A stretch of DNA of 63,082 nucleotides, filler included, from Reticulomyxa filosa (taxonomy: Eukaryota > Protista > Foraminifera): assembly GCA_000512085.1 (NCBI GenBank). It is 19 parts of 19 records of this genome, joined end to end, with 100 filler letters (N's around TTAATTAATTAA, not from the genome) between each part and the next. Parts side by side here need not be neighbours in the genome. Positions count along the whole stretch, not along the records: positions 1 to 1,315 come from ASPP01004596.1; positions 1,416 to 3,449 come from ASPP01013917.1; positions 3,550 to 4,942 come from ASPP01038275.1; positions 5,043 to 10,342 come from ASPP01044297.1; positions 10,443 to 18,695 come from ASPP01027833.1; 14 more parts are not named here. One strand, given 5' to 3'. The notes beneath the pieces are model-generated. The model was not told the origin of the DNA. It saw nothing but the letters and a program-made list of their open reading frames with translations, and did not search any database. The position numbers and the translations under genes are program-made. This document shows, one piece after another, positions 1 through 13,276 of the stretch; position 1 is the stretch's first letter; each line of letters opens with the position of its first letter.

Positions 1-660
1 TAGTACTTAATTGACATTTTTTGTTGTAAAGTTTTTTTTTAGTAGTATTTTCGAAATATTTGTGTATTTTTGCTTGATAGGATAGCAAAATTTGAGAATG
101 ATGTTGCGAAAACGCGTTGGCTAGTAATACAATAGGCTCAATTCTCGAATTTGAATGTTTTTAACGTTGTTGCATCTTTTTTTTTTGTACAGTTGTATTA
201 GGGACTTTAAAGTGAATTTTTGTTTGATATTAAGTAAAAACAATTTGACATCAGTTAATGTCGATTGTTTTCGTCAATGTTCTTAAAGAGAAACGCTTTT
301 TTTTAAGCCATGTAAATCAAATTACAAAAAAAAAGTCTTAACTGCCAACAAGAAGTATCTATTCCTTTTATAGTATTGTAATAAACAACGCAAAGTGAGT
401 ATAATTTTTTTTCTTGGTCTCTACCTTTCTTTTTGTTTCCCCTTTTTTTTGTACAAAATTTATGGAAATACCTCATTACGTTTTGGATTACTCTAGGTTG
501 AAAAACAAACTTATGACAAAGGCTAATTAACAGTTTAGAGGTATAATGTTTGAAGTTATTATTCCCTAGAAACATTTGTGGTTTTTTTTTACATTAAATT
601 ATTTTTGTTCATTAGTTTCAAATATTTGCAATATTTGAATCTATTCAATTAAATTACATT
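1..660 (+). repeat. Dispersed non-coding repeat, copy A
   Basis: The reverse complement aligns co-linearly with 25251-25895 (e.g. aaatttgagaatgatgttgcgaaaacgcgttg vs caacgcgttttcgcaatatcattctcaaattt; ctctaggttgaaaaacaaacttat). Confidence 0.92.
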
Positions 661-1240
661 TCTATGCAGAAACACTTCCTTAGGAGATATACAACAACAA
701 TTGCACAATTACACTAATGACAAAAACAGAACAATTCTTTGATAATTCACACAATACAAATCGTAAATTTGTATCTGTTTTGAAAATTTATCAACTGTAA
801 AAAACAGCAGAAGACAAACAATAATTTCTTCCCTCTTAAAATTACTTTATTTTGCTTCAGCATTAAAATGATATTGGATAAAACAAAAATCAAAATCCTC
901 AAAATAAACTAATTCTATTGTTTGATGATCCTCTGCTTGAAGTGAATTTTTTATAATTAGACTTGATAAAAATGCAACTGTCTCCTTCTCCCTTAAAAGT
1001 ATCTGTTTTTTAAAAATATACAAAGGGTATTTAACACGGTTTTTATTAGTCCTAGAATGTTTTTCTTCTTTTGGCAATATCAACTAGGAATTGTTATTGC
1101 CTTATTCAACACTATTCAACAATGTCCACACAATATGGTGTACATTTTTTCATCACTTTCTTGCTCACCGATTACGTAATTCAATTTTTAAGTGTTCAAA
1201 CAAAAAAAAAGGGTTTTCTTTTGCAGTTAACTTTATCATC

Positions 1241-1315
1241 ATGCTTACACAACTTCAACAGACATTCCCCGAGATTAATGAAGAGAGTATTTCAGATCTA
1301 TTGGAATGGTTTAGG
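1241..1315 (+). CDS. 5' fragment of CUE/UBA-like-domain protein of an expanded family (truncated by contig end)
   Basis: MLTQLQQTFPEINEESISDLLEWFR has a CUE-like FP motif and is a clear paralogue of MLVQLQQTFPKIDEEIISDALKYL starting at 61690 (minus). Confidence 0.55.
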
Positions 1316-1415
1316 NNNNNNNNNNNNNNNNNNNNNNNNNNNNNNNNNNNNNNNNNNNNTTAATTAATTAANNNNNNNNNNNNNNNNNNNNNNNNNNNNN
1401 NNNNNNNNNNNNNNN
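1316..1415. other. Artificial contig-joining spacer (first of 18)
   Basis: 44N-TTAATTAATTAA-44N gives stops in all six frames. Identical spacers start at 3450, 4943, 10343, 18696, 24036, 25151, 26478, 30568, 32523, 34713, 42762, 49839, 51925, 55956, 59095, 60610 and 61951. Confidence 0.99.
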
Positions 1416-1985
1416 AAATAAATAATTTTTTTAGTTTTTCTCTTCTCTTCCATCCGTCCCTCTAATACGACACAAGAATTTTAAAAAAAATTGTTCAAAG
1501 AACTAACTTTTCTTGTTCATTTGCGTAAATGACTCGCCTTTCATCAATGCCGAATTCATTGCAGATCTGTACCCCATGTCAACTAATGTTTGAGGATCGA
1601 TAAAATAAATGCCCTGAGTTTTCATCACTTGCAGCCATCGCAAACCAAAAACTACACTTGCTTTAACAGGTAAATGCGATGCCAATCCCGCAGCACTGCA
1701 GCTGCCGGCAGAAATACCCGCAAATCGTACATTGGTCAAGTCAAAATGATCTTGTAGATATGCACATACTCCTTGAAAGTAGAAAGCCAACAATCCTGCA
1801 CCACTAAATGACAAAAGTGGTTTGTTTGCAACTGGCTTGTGAGCAAAATATTCTTTTACTTTTTGTTCTTGTTTCTTGCGACGAATGTATCCTACTGCCA
1901 TGTACAGGCATGCTAAAAGGTACGTCAAACATGTTTTTGGTCGCTTTCTCGCGTAGGACAAAATCAGAAGCAACAAACGAGACAT
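1416..1985 (-). CDS. Patatin-like phospholipase (PNPLA family), 3' partial
   Basis: LSFSGAGLLAFYFQG oxyanion motif, GISAG nucleophile elbow and an N-terminal hydrophobic segment. The ORF runs into a GTTAG intron donor near 1508. Confidence 0.88.
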
Positions 1986-2395
1986 TTTGGTAAAATGTAG
2001 TTAGGTCAGGTTATATTGGAGAATGTATTAGATCGACATTACAAAAAGAAATGATTTTTTTCCCATAAAGTTCAATTTGAAACCGCAACTTTAATGTATA
2101 TTTTTTAAAAATTTTGTTCTTTGATCAATAGCAACAAGTCAAAGCGACCGACAACAATTGTCTGTATTTGACTTGTTTTATTATTGCATATTTGAAAAAT
2201 TGCTGAGAAAATTTTATTACTTAATATTAGAGAAATTAATAAGAGCACAATTCATTCACTAAGTTTCTTTTAAAGTTTGATTAGTTAATTCAGAGCTGTA
2301 CTAGTGTGCCCTTTGCTTTTTTGTTTTCTTTTGTTTTGAAGAAAATCCCTCTTCCTACACAAAAACGGGCGATAAAAGCAATATGAATTCCAACA

Positions 2396-3401
2396 TTACA
2401 ATCGAGATTGCAAGACGAAAGCCATGGCACCTAGACCACCAGCCACAGTGAACGGGGTAAGATATTTGCTCCACCAGTAGATTTTTTCTTCTGTCAACGA
2501 TCTCATGATTTGCGTTTTCCTTTCAGTGTAGGGAGGATATCTGGCTTTGTTGATAAATTCTGCGCCATGATATTTGTGTAACACAGGTTTTTCATGTGAA
2601 AAAGCAGCAAACGAGTAAGGTCCGTGATAGCTACCAACGCCTGATGCTCCCGTTCCGCCAAATGGGAATCCATGAACTTTGTGAGAAAAAAAACAAAGTA
2701 AATGCATGTGTAACCTGATTGATTTGATATAGTTTATCAAATAATAATATAATAAAAATAACTAACATGCAAATGCATGACGACATCATTGACAGTAACA
2801 CCGCCAGAATCGGTGTTAGAGACGATCTCACTAACGAAAAGACTATCTCTGCTAAACACATATAAGCTGAGTGGTTTTTCACGATTTTGAATATATGAGA
2901 TGCAGTCTTTTTTGACGTTGTCCACGGGTATCACAGTCAATATCGGTCCAAACACTTCTTCTTTCATCACCGGATCTTTAGGGGTGATATTTCCGAGTAT
3001 AGTCGGAGAGATATATCGTTCCGTTGCGTTGGTGTGTCCACCATATACAATCTTATTAATTAACATACAATATATATGTGTATATACATATTGTGTATTA
3101 CTCTATCATTCCAAAAAAATTACAAACACAAACTTTCTGTTCATTATCCTTTAATATGCCACTCAAACGGTTAAAATGATTTTCGCTGACAATGCGTCCA
3201 TAGTCTTTGGACGTCTGTGGATTAGTCCCAAAGAATTCTTCAATGGCTTTTTTGGCCTCTTCAATGAAGCTTTTTTCTAATTTGCGAGGGAGCATCACAT
3301 ACTCGGGCGCTATGCACATTTGACCACAGTTCACACCAAATCTTCCCCACACTATGCGACGTGCTGCTGTTGCCAAATTGGCTGATTCGTCCACGATCAC
3401 T

Positions 3402-3407
<6 letters not shown>
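2396..3407 (-). CDS. Aldehyde dehydrogenase family 3 (fatty aldehyde dehydrogenase-like), 5' partial, 3 exons
   Basis: RIVWGRFGVNCGQMCIAPEY (catalytic Cys), EEVFGP, EKPLSLYVFS, PFGGTGASGVGSYHG, RYPPY and a C-terminal hydrophobic anchor. Confidence 0.95.
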
Positions 3408-3434
<27 letters not shown>

Positions 3435-3549
3435 GGGGGGGGGGTTTTTNNNNNNNNNNNNNNNNNNNNNNNNNNNNNNNNNNNNNNNNNNNNTTAATTA
3501 ATTAANNNNNNNNNNNNNNNNNNNNNNNNNNNNNNNNNNNNNNNNNNNN

Positions 3550-4206
3550 AATTACCTTTTCATTAACTCCCCAAGCCCCATCAAGAAATGGTATCGTTGT
3601 CAGTAGTCCAGTCGCTCCTATCAGACCTCCGGCACATCCTGCTGCACCTATACCAATGCCTCCTGTTGCCAATCCTGCGCCTACCACAGCAGCGGTTTGT
3701 ACTAATGGATTGCTGGTGATAGATGGTAATCCTCCACCCGGCTTGTCAGAGTAATTTGTACTGGCGCTTGACGAGCGGTATGGAGCTATCACGATTCCTT
3801 TTATGTTACAATAAATATTTTAAAAACAATACAACAAAAACAACAATTATATATATGTATATACATGCCGTCATATTTATTCCATTTGATGCATATGGTC
3901 ACTGGGCCATATTGATCATCTTTTTCCAAATAACATTCTTTAAATCCATTTCTCTCAAAATAAGGATCAATCCAATCCATCACTAGAAAATTCCACTTTC
4001 CACCAATCATAATCCGTCAATGCACCAAGACCAACTTTGTAGTTTACCCGAAAATTTGCTTGGGTAAGCTCATTATTCTCGACATTGTTCCAAGTACGGC
4101 TCTCAACGTATCCGTCTCGTCGAAATTTGTGCGACACAGTAACGTAGTCCAAAGTATGGCCAAATTCGTTCTTCACTCTTACTGTTGTACTACAAGATGT
4201 GCCCAT
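3550..4206 (-). CDS. PUD1/2-like (up-regulated in daf-2) domain protein with N-myristoylation motif and Gly/Ala-rich hydrophobic tail; one frameshift, one GC-AG intron, 3' partial
   Basis: MGTSCS start; V.V.N..G..L..V.VSHK...W......V.Y..G......DWW.V.F...GFK...L...D pattern. Frameshift at ~3972 in a ggatt repeat; intron 3868-3798. Confidence 0.6.
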
Positions 4207-5269
4207 TGTTTTAATACTTTCACTGAAACCAGAATGAAACAACAAATGATACAAAAAAAACAAAAACACGTCCACACAAACGAGGGAACTTTTTTGGGGT
4301 ACTTTTTATATTTGATAAATTCGAACTGTAAAAAATATTTGGTTTTCAAAAAAGTTTTCTTTCCTTTCTGAAAATAAAACAAATACTTTTGTCTCTTTTA
4401 ATGAGAGTTAGCTTTTAAAAATCAATCATTGTTCCAAAACTGGAAGAGTTGGAATGAAAAAAACACAATAAAATAAACGTGTCTATTGAACATTTTAAAC
4501 AATTTAAGGACAGCTTATTCGTATGCTTAAATTATTATCAATCCAGTTTTTTTAATAAAAATGATTTGCTTTTTTTATTTCTTTTGCTGAACTGAATTTT
4601 CACAATGACTGAGTTATTCTATCTTTTGAATATGACACAATTCTTGAACAGTCTAATAATTACATTCTAAATATACCAAAGTTTTAAAATCAAAAAGCAT
4701 CATAAGTCGAAGCAAATACTAAAAAAGCACCTTTTTTCAAATGATGTCGTTATTTTAAGGTCTTGTGCTCACACTGACTAACTTCTTTCTTTTTTTGGCA
4801 GCTTTTGTAGTTTTGCAAAGGGTGCAGTGCTGAAGGAACTCTCCATGTTGTAGACGTTAGATTGTTAGGTTGTTTGAAGATAGAAGAGCCAAACCACATT
4901 CGTAATGTCTAAGAGAACTTTTTTTAAAAGGGAAAATTTTTTNNNNNNNNNNNNNNNNNNNNNNNNNNNNNNNNNNNNNNNNNNNNTTAATTAATTAANN
5001 NNNNNNNNNNNNNNNNNNNNNNNNNNNNNNNNNNNNNNNNNNCGCTTATTTGTGGTATGCATTCTTTTGCAATATTGACAAACTGAATTGGAAAAGGCAA
5101 AAATTAGATTAAAGAAACAAACTAAGATGAAATTCGAAAATTGGAGATACATCTTTGCAGCAGACAAACACCAAAATCTTACCTTTACAATTTCATTTTA
5201 GAAATTACATGCTTCATACAATTCCAAAATATCAGTAGCTATTGACGGGTTCATATTTGTTATTTGCCC

Positions 5270-7400
5270 TTGCTTTTGCTTTGAGGTTCAAGAAATGGTT
5301 TGACACAATCTTGAAACAAAAGTCTGCCAATTAATTAATACCCTTGAGGTGCAAAGTGGAAGCCATCAAAAGACCAAACATCATCTTTGGTAAGGTGGTC
5401 ATGTTTAAAATTGTTATAAGATACTGTCACATTCAAATCGATAAAGTAGAAGTGGCAAGATATTGTGGATGCAACTAGAATGATGGAGAAATTTGAGCTG
5501 ACGAACAAGAATTCTGTCATCGTTGAAATTGGAGCAAATTTTATGTCAATAGAGTGTTGGAGATCGGTCGACACTATCGAACAGTGTACGTGCGTGTATT
5601 CGCAACTTTAGATTTTTGGCCGTAAGTGTGCCGATATAGGGAGCGCGATCGACATTGGGCGTTGGTGAATAGAAAAAAATTGTTTTTTCTCAATCGTTGC
5701 AAGGATCGAATACCTTGCATTTGTCAAACAATATGATTATCTTTGATGAATAGTATCTGGATCAACTATGGACCGACGAGCGACTTTTAGATAAGACGCA
5801 ATAAGCTGTAGTTGTTGCATTGTTTCAGCATTTGGAGAACAATGGATAGCAAATTCATTTGGTAGCACTGGAAAAGTTAGTCAAAATTATCACGGACCAA
5901 TCGCATACAATATGAACATTGTGCCGCACGATTCGAAACCAAGTCACCAATAAGAAAAAAGGCGAGTGAGAATAGAAGAAAAAGAATAAAAAGCAAGCAT
6001 CGCGTTGGATTTGTTTGAAAGAAAAAAAGCAGTCGGCCAGCATTATTGAACTTGGTTATGAAATCCTGCTTCATGTCCGGAAAAACGCAAATTCGCCACT
6101 CGCGGGCGTTGACTAGCTTCACATATCGCTCACTAATAAAAAATGCTGAAGAAGTTTGACAATATTTGTCAATTGTAATTCGAAGCATTAAAAGGAATGT
6201 ATTTTCCATCAACGTAGGTGCAATCAAGTTTGCGGATAACTCTTGGAGTGGCCAAAGATAGTATCAAAAGGCGATTTACCAGCGTCAAAGACAAAGAAAA
6301 CTTGGTCGTTATGAAAATGGCCATAATTTTCTTAACGCATGGACCGTGCGAAAATTGGTTGTGCGCGTACGCAAAGTCGCAACTTGGATTTTGCATCGTT
6401 AACTCGCGGGCGACGTTAAGGATTATTGATTGTTGAAGAAAAATAGAATATGCAAATGTTCCGTTCATTCAATCAAACCAAGTGTTCAGCATCACAACGC
6501 CGACGATAGCAGGTGGACTCTTAGTTGGAAAACCGATATTGAGTTAAAGCAATTTGGTAAGATTCTAACAGACCAATCCCAAACAATATCTAGACATTGG
6601 CGCAACGGTGGACCGACGAAGAAGTGAAAGACGATACAGAAAAGGATGTGAACATTGTGATAGAATCAGCAACATTGCGATCAAGCAACCCACTACATCG
6701 TGTGGATCATTACATGTGATAATGGCTCATTTAGTTGTTCAAAATTCACAATACACTGGCAAGAAAGTATATGAATATGATTATGAGGAAGCCGAAAAGA
6801 ATAAAAAGAATGACATGTCTGCATCGCATTGGATTTGGTTAAAAGACAAAAAAAATCAGTCGCCGTCTTATTGAAATTAGTCATGGACTTGCTCTTTACG
6901 TCTCGAAACGCTCAAAGTCTATATTCGCCAGCGTCGACTAACTTCCAATAGCGCGCCTCAACGGAAAATATCGAACAAATATGCAATGTATAGTAGCGGC
7001 AGCCCAAAGTATTTGGAGAAGTTGTTTATAATCAACGTAAGCGAACACAAGTCTCTGATGCTGTGCCACACCAATAATTATCCAAATAAAGTATTCAATT
7101 GCGATCTACGGGCGCCAACGAGCAAGTGAATCTTTGTGTTTATGTTATTGTCTTGCGTGTATAAAATTAGGTATATTTCCATAACGACCGAGTTTGTGCA
7201 ATCGCGTCGAAACTGGTCTTGTGCGTGCGCGCATGCGCAAGTTTGTATTTTAAGTCATACTGATACGAATTGGATGGATCATAAATCCGCTGACAACATT
7301 TAGCGCTGAGCATTCTCAGACTGACAAATTTTGCATATTGCACCCTACATCCTCCACTCTACAATGTAATGCTGCAATGGTGGGACAATGCCAAGAGTAT
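5270..7400 (-). pseudogene. Heavily decayed coding sequence: thioredoxin-like repeated domains and an SGNH/GDSL hydrolase C-terminus
   Basis: DVWSFDGFHFAPQGY*LIGRLLF (SGNH block V DxxH) and AQCSYCMRL (CxxC). Internal duplication RYVKLVNAREWRICVFPDMKQDFITKFN vs RYWKLVDAGEYRL*AFRDVKSKSMTNFN. Many stops and frameshifts. Confidence 0.45.
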
Positions 7401-7799
7401 TGCCAATTATGCTATGGCGACAACGACCAAACATAGTCCGTGCTATCTTTTAATCATTTGTCAGCACATTGAACTGGTGTTGTGAGTGTTAATACTTGGG
7501 TGCTGCTGTATTCCACAATTTGGTTTGGTGTGCGCGAGAGATCTAACGCTATGGCACGTTTGTTATAAAAAGTAACAAAGTTGTGCCAATCGAGAATTGG
7601 CTAACTATTCAAAAGTAGCTCCATTATTTGGGAATCAAAAAAAAGGTTGGGTATTGGCAATGTGTGGTGTCACTGGGCACTGCTAGATGGAACGTAGACA
7701 ATAGTTTACGTCAGCGGTCGAGCCCCTCCACTACTTTCCACACGGGCTTGTTGTTATTTGGCTGATCATTTATGTCTGCTTCTTCCAATTTCCGTTACC

Positions 7800-10140
7800 T
7801 ATCGTTATAATTGTGTTTGTGTCCATTCATTGAAAAAGTTTATATACATTTTTTTTAAATATGTACATATCAATAATTAATAGCAACATAACATTTTTAT
7901 ACGTATATAGATTATTTATTTGTATGTATGCTGTATATGTTGATAGAAATTTTTTATAGAATTTCAAAAATTTTGGAATGTGGATGTACACATTTTTGCT
8001 GTTTTCATTGCGTTTGTGATGCAGCGAGTTCCCAGCAATAATGTCAACAGTAACAGCAACGCAATGAAAATACAAGTGGCATCATGGTCGAATTATTCTG
8101 ATTGATAATCCGATATGTTATCTAGTTATGTAGGCCTCACTACAGCGCACAAGTCGTCATTTTTCAAATAAAATTTATTTGTTCATCATTGAATAAATGT
8201 CGTTTTTAATGGCGGAGTTCATCAAATATGGATCATGGTATTGCATTTTGAGTTACGTGCATTTGGAAAAAGAATTTGAAGATCCATGTGTGTAATATGG
8301 CACATGACGGATTGAAAGTGGTGAGCATATGATATGTCTATATTCCAAGTTATAGTGTTTTCTTATAATGTGATTGGAAAATAGTTGAAACATATATAAT
8401 CAACACACATACGTAACATAGGTCTTCAAAGAACACAATCTTGTCTATCATGCAATTTGAGAGCTGGTTGCGGTACTAGCAAACAAAGGTAAATCGGTTG
8501 AGACAATGCAAAATTGGTGGATATTGATTGAAAGCATTTGGTGCTTGTACCAAATTTTTGTGGGAATTGTAGCTTCTTTGATTTTTTAAAAATAATTTCA
8601 ATCCACCATCCGGCTACTTGATATCTTGATCAAATTACAATTCGCAAAAAATTTCTCCGCTTTAATACTATTCCTGACAAAAAAAAGACTTTGAGTGAAG
8701 AATACGTATAACAGAAAGGGATAATAAGATGATAAAGACAATGGCGAAAAAGAAAAAGAAAAGAACTTGGATTGTAAGTGTTTTTGTGTTACAATTAATG
8801 TAAAAGAACAACAACACTTTTGAAGATGTTGCCACAATCCGAACAGCATCAACAATGGTAACTCACACATTAGTTTCGAGCTTGGAGCGATGCTATAAAG
8901 TTGAAAGGGTTCACCTTGATGTGCATATCATTCTCTCGAGAAAGTATCTTGTCTGCTGCTCAGCACCGACTGTTATTATTTCTGCAGCTCATTCCATGAC
9001 TCTTGTGTGAAATATGCCTTAAAATTCCCATACATGCGATATTCATCTGATTGGCAACACAAGCATATCGATCGTAGTGTGGAATTCAAATGCACTTAGA
9101 TCTTCACTTGCACGAAAAAGGTTTCCATAAAATTCCAATTCAGCAAAAAAATTTTTATAATTGGGTGCGGATCATGACACCACAACAATAGTGTTCATTA
9201 TTTTACCTGTTTTTTTTTTAAATCTATTATTATTTTTTTTTTAATATAAAAAAAACTATTTATAGTCGAACCTTCTCTAAAACAATATTTCCCTTTTTCT
9301 TTGGAAAAAACGATACTGTACCAAAATTTTTCTAAATGTCTGTCATCACTTCATCCGTGGTGCCAACATTTTTGGCGTAATATTTCCATCGAAATCAAAT
9401 GTGAATTTGCTGTGCCTTTTGTTGATTTATCTTTTTCCCATGCATTTTCAATCACCGGAATATTTTCACAATTTGCTGTTGAGACAACGTCTCGTTCGTC
9501 AATAACTTACCACTGTACATTAATACATTTCCGTTAAAAAGTTGTGTCCATGAAGGGACCCCACAAATGTGCCTTCCATATCATTGCACTTCTTTTTTTC
9601 TTAGTTCAAAAAAGGGGATGTGAATTTTTTTTTTTTGCTTAAAAATTTGTGGTGGGACCCTTGTTCGATGACCCATTAGAACTCACGATATTGACTCTGT
9701 TGTATGAACCATCACCGACTTGGCAGTATCCAAACAAATTGATGCGATGCTGTGATGTGTAATTTTGAAAAACTGAAGCGATAATAAAGTGTTATGTGAC
9801 GGCAATCCGCCATTTTTGCAACATACAACAAATGACTCCTTTTCAACAACAATCATCCAATACTGGAGATTGTCTGTCATGTCGCATATGTAAAACGTCT
9901 TATGGTGATTCAAGTAATCCAAATTCTCTTTATCTATTGTTATCTCACGGACCATTCGCAAGTATTCCTGGACATATTTCAGGTGGTGTTTGCTTTGGCT
10001 CGTTCTCACTGTCGTCTTTACTTTTAGAAGAAGGATCAAAGACGAGATGCAATCTCCCAATGAGCTTTTGAAAAATGCTTCTTCTGGGATTGGAAAACTT
10101 AAAAAATTGTATGTAAGATCTTATTTTTGACATTTTCTTT
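7800..10140 (-). pseudogene. Probable decayed coding sequence(s), product unidentified
   Basis: Coding-like composition with short broken ORFs on the minus strand and intron-like AT/TA tracts. No recognisable motif. Confidence 0.25.
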
Positions 10141-10442
10141 GATAAGGAAAAGGGGGATTTTTGATGTTGGTCCTTAAGTAATGACAAAAACTGTTTGCTA
10201 AGTTTCTGGATTTGAAAAATACTAAATATATTCCTTTCTATCAAATTTTCTCTAGTTAATAGAACTTAATTTCATATGTTTAACATTTTTTTGATTGCAT
10301 AAATATGAATGAACATACATAATATTACCATATTATATGAATNNNNNNNNNNNNNNNNNNNNNNNNNNNNNNNNNNNNNNNNNNNNTTAATTAATTAANN
10401 NNNNNNNNNNNNNNNNNNNNNNNNNNNNNNNNNNNNNNNNNN

Positions 10443-10481
<39 letters not shown>

Positions 10482-10569
10482 CCATCTTTTTTTTTTTAAT
10501 TAAAAAAAAAAAAAAAGAGAGTCTTTTCGAGATTTCTCACATTGCTTTTAGCTTTTGATTGAATCACAG

Positions 10570-10856
10570 ATTTGGAAATGCTATTCATAATATTTGGCGT
10601 GCTTGGTACCCCTGCGCAAAATGACTTAGATTGGATCGACAACAAGGAGGCATTAGCATGGATTCAAAAACTGCCTCCCCAACAAGGAACTGATTTAACC
10701 AAAATCTTTCGAAAGGCGACACCACAAGCGCAAGACTTGATCCGAAAGATGCTTGTCTTGAATCCGCGAAAACGCATTACCGTCGTAGAAGCTTTGAGTC
10801 ATCCCTATTTCGTCATGTTACACAATCAAGAAAAAGAGGTCAATTATTTCTTCCCT

Positions 10857-10916
<60 letters not shown>

Positions 10917-11307
10917 TCAAAGAAAAGATTAATTGGTGATGACAACAGTAATAACAATAACAATAATAATGATAATATAGAAATCGTGCAAAAAATTTGA
11001 CTTGTCATTCGAGTCAGATAAATCCACGAACACTCATTTTGGTGTACGACGTTAAGTTGTTTATGTATACATACATATGCGTATATGTATATATTTATAT
11101 GTAATGAAATAACTTGTGACAACGATGTAAATATTTGCTACATTGAAGATATCACATTAATTGGAAAAAAAAAACAAAAACAACACAGATGTGATGTTTC
11201 AAACATTGAATTCTTTTATTCCACAAAAGCGTGGACATCGACACAAAAGCGGCATTCGCTCTCATAAAAATACAATTTCGTCTTCGTGCCAACAACAAAA
11301 CAAATAA
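10570..11307 (+). CDS. MAP kinase (CMGC), C-terminal part, 5' partial
   Basis: [36 protein letters not shown] and FDLSFE. Introns 10839-10980 and 11051-11188; stop at 11305-11307. Confidence 0.92.
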
Positions 11308-13276
11308 GATTGCAAAAGCGAAGATTTTGTTGGATAGATGACTTTTGTTTATTTTGTCTTATTTCGAACTAAAATTTTTATTCTTTATTGTTTTTTTATA
11401 AATATGTTGATTGTCACTGTTGTTCGGTGGCTCGAACGGCCAACAAAGGGGCATTTCAGGGAGTGGAGCGCTGTATCCCGTGGCCTGCACAAACACAATA
11501 ACACTCACAATTATTTTCTTTCACACCCTGGGTTTATTTATTTTCACACCAACATTCTGTTAAAGCTTTCTTTTTTTTTATTTTTGTTTTTGTTTTTTGT
11601 TACTATCATTTTGTTTTGTCTTGTCTTTCTAAATTTAGTTGCTTTGTATCCTTTTTTCCAGTATTTTTGTTTTGCTTTGTTTTCGTTTACTTTGCATTCC
11701 CTTTGCACGAGCCACTGATTGTCTAAATTTGTTTCTTTGAAAGAACTTACTGCCAGGGAAACAAAATCATGCTCTGCACCAAGACAACAGCATAGTTTTT
11801 GACCTGGTGTGCTTTAGGCATCCTCTCTGCTTGCGCTTTGCTTTCATACGGTGTTGGTTATTGTGTTTTTCTTGTTTTTGTTTGTTTAGTGTCTATTTTT
11901 TTTATAAGTGTAAACTGTATTCTGCCATGCATTGCGTTTTTTTTTTTGCTAAGGTAAGTGCTTGCCCACGTCCCCACTTTCTGCAAACATTTTTCTCCAA
12001 AGAGTTTCTTATTTTTAATCAAATTACAAAGTACTTTTAAGAAATTTCTAAAGTGACATTATCTTTCGCAATAATTAAGTTATCAATTAAACACAATATG
12101 CAATCAAAACTTAAATTACATGCAAATAACAATAGTACAAATACAACAGGCATTAATAAAATGAAATGTGATGGAGAAATTTACGACACGAACAGCACCA
12201 AAATGGAGATGAAAACATGCAAAAGAGTATTTGGAGAATCAATGAAAAAGAATTGAAAAGAGAAGCAGAAAGTAGAACAAATGAATTGAAATTGATTTAT
12301 TTTTCTTGTTTTATAAATCGAAACATAGCATGTAAAGAAAAATAAAAATAATAAAATTGAAACAAGACAAACACTTATTTGCAATGATGTTACAATAATG
12401 ACAAGTAACTTAAACAATTAATATTATATTTTATTATATTACATTAATATATAACAATACATACACTATTTGTCATTACTAAGTCACCAAAATTTCCAAA
12501 AACTTTGTTGTAACTTGATTTCATTGAATAAACATTTCAAAACTAAATTCTGATAATTTATTTGTAATGTTTTTGACAAAGATAATGATCTATTGATAAA
12601 CTTGTGCTTTTATATTTTAGTTCCAACTTTTATTTTTTATCTTTAAAATTACTGTTCATTTTTAATAGTTTTCATATAATACAACAATCCTCTTTTCAAT
12701 TTAAAAGACAAATTACTAATTTTTTTAAAATGCGTTTTGTAAAAAAAAATTCACACAACTTCTTTTCCAGTTTAAAATCGGCAGCATAACCTAGTCCGAT
12801 GTCAACTTTGATAAAGAGATGAACTAACTGTACTTTCAGATATATGCTTCGGCATATCGTTGGATAAGCAAATTATCAAGAAAAAGGTCAAAAGTTTAAG
12901 CCTTTTTTAAAAAAGTTTACTTTTTAAAGAGGCTGATACTATACTCTGAAAAAATTTGTTATCCTTTTGTCTCCACGACTTCCTCTTTGTTTTGGGCTCT
13001 TATACTGCATTTTCTTTAATTATTACATATATAACATTTTGATTGATGACATATTTAGCGTGGACAAACCACTTGCACAAGTTGCAAGAAATAAAATCAA
13101 TATAAATTTTGTATTTTGATGACTGTCATTGATAAAAAACACAAATTTTTTTTGAATTAAATATTGGAAGAATTAGTTAAAGAGCTTTGTCTCTTTCCAA
13201 ATCAACCAAAAAATGGAAGATCCTGTATGATAGTGCGACTATCATAATAATAAGAAGGCAAAAGCTTAAAATGGTT

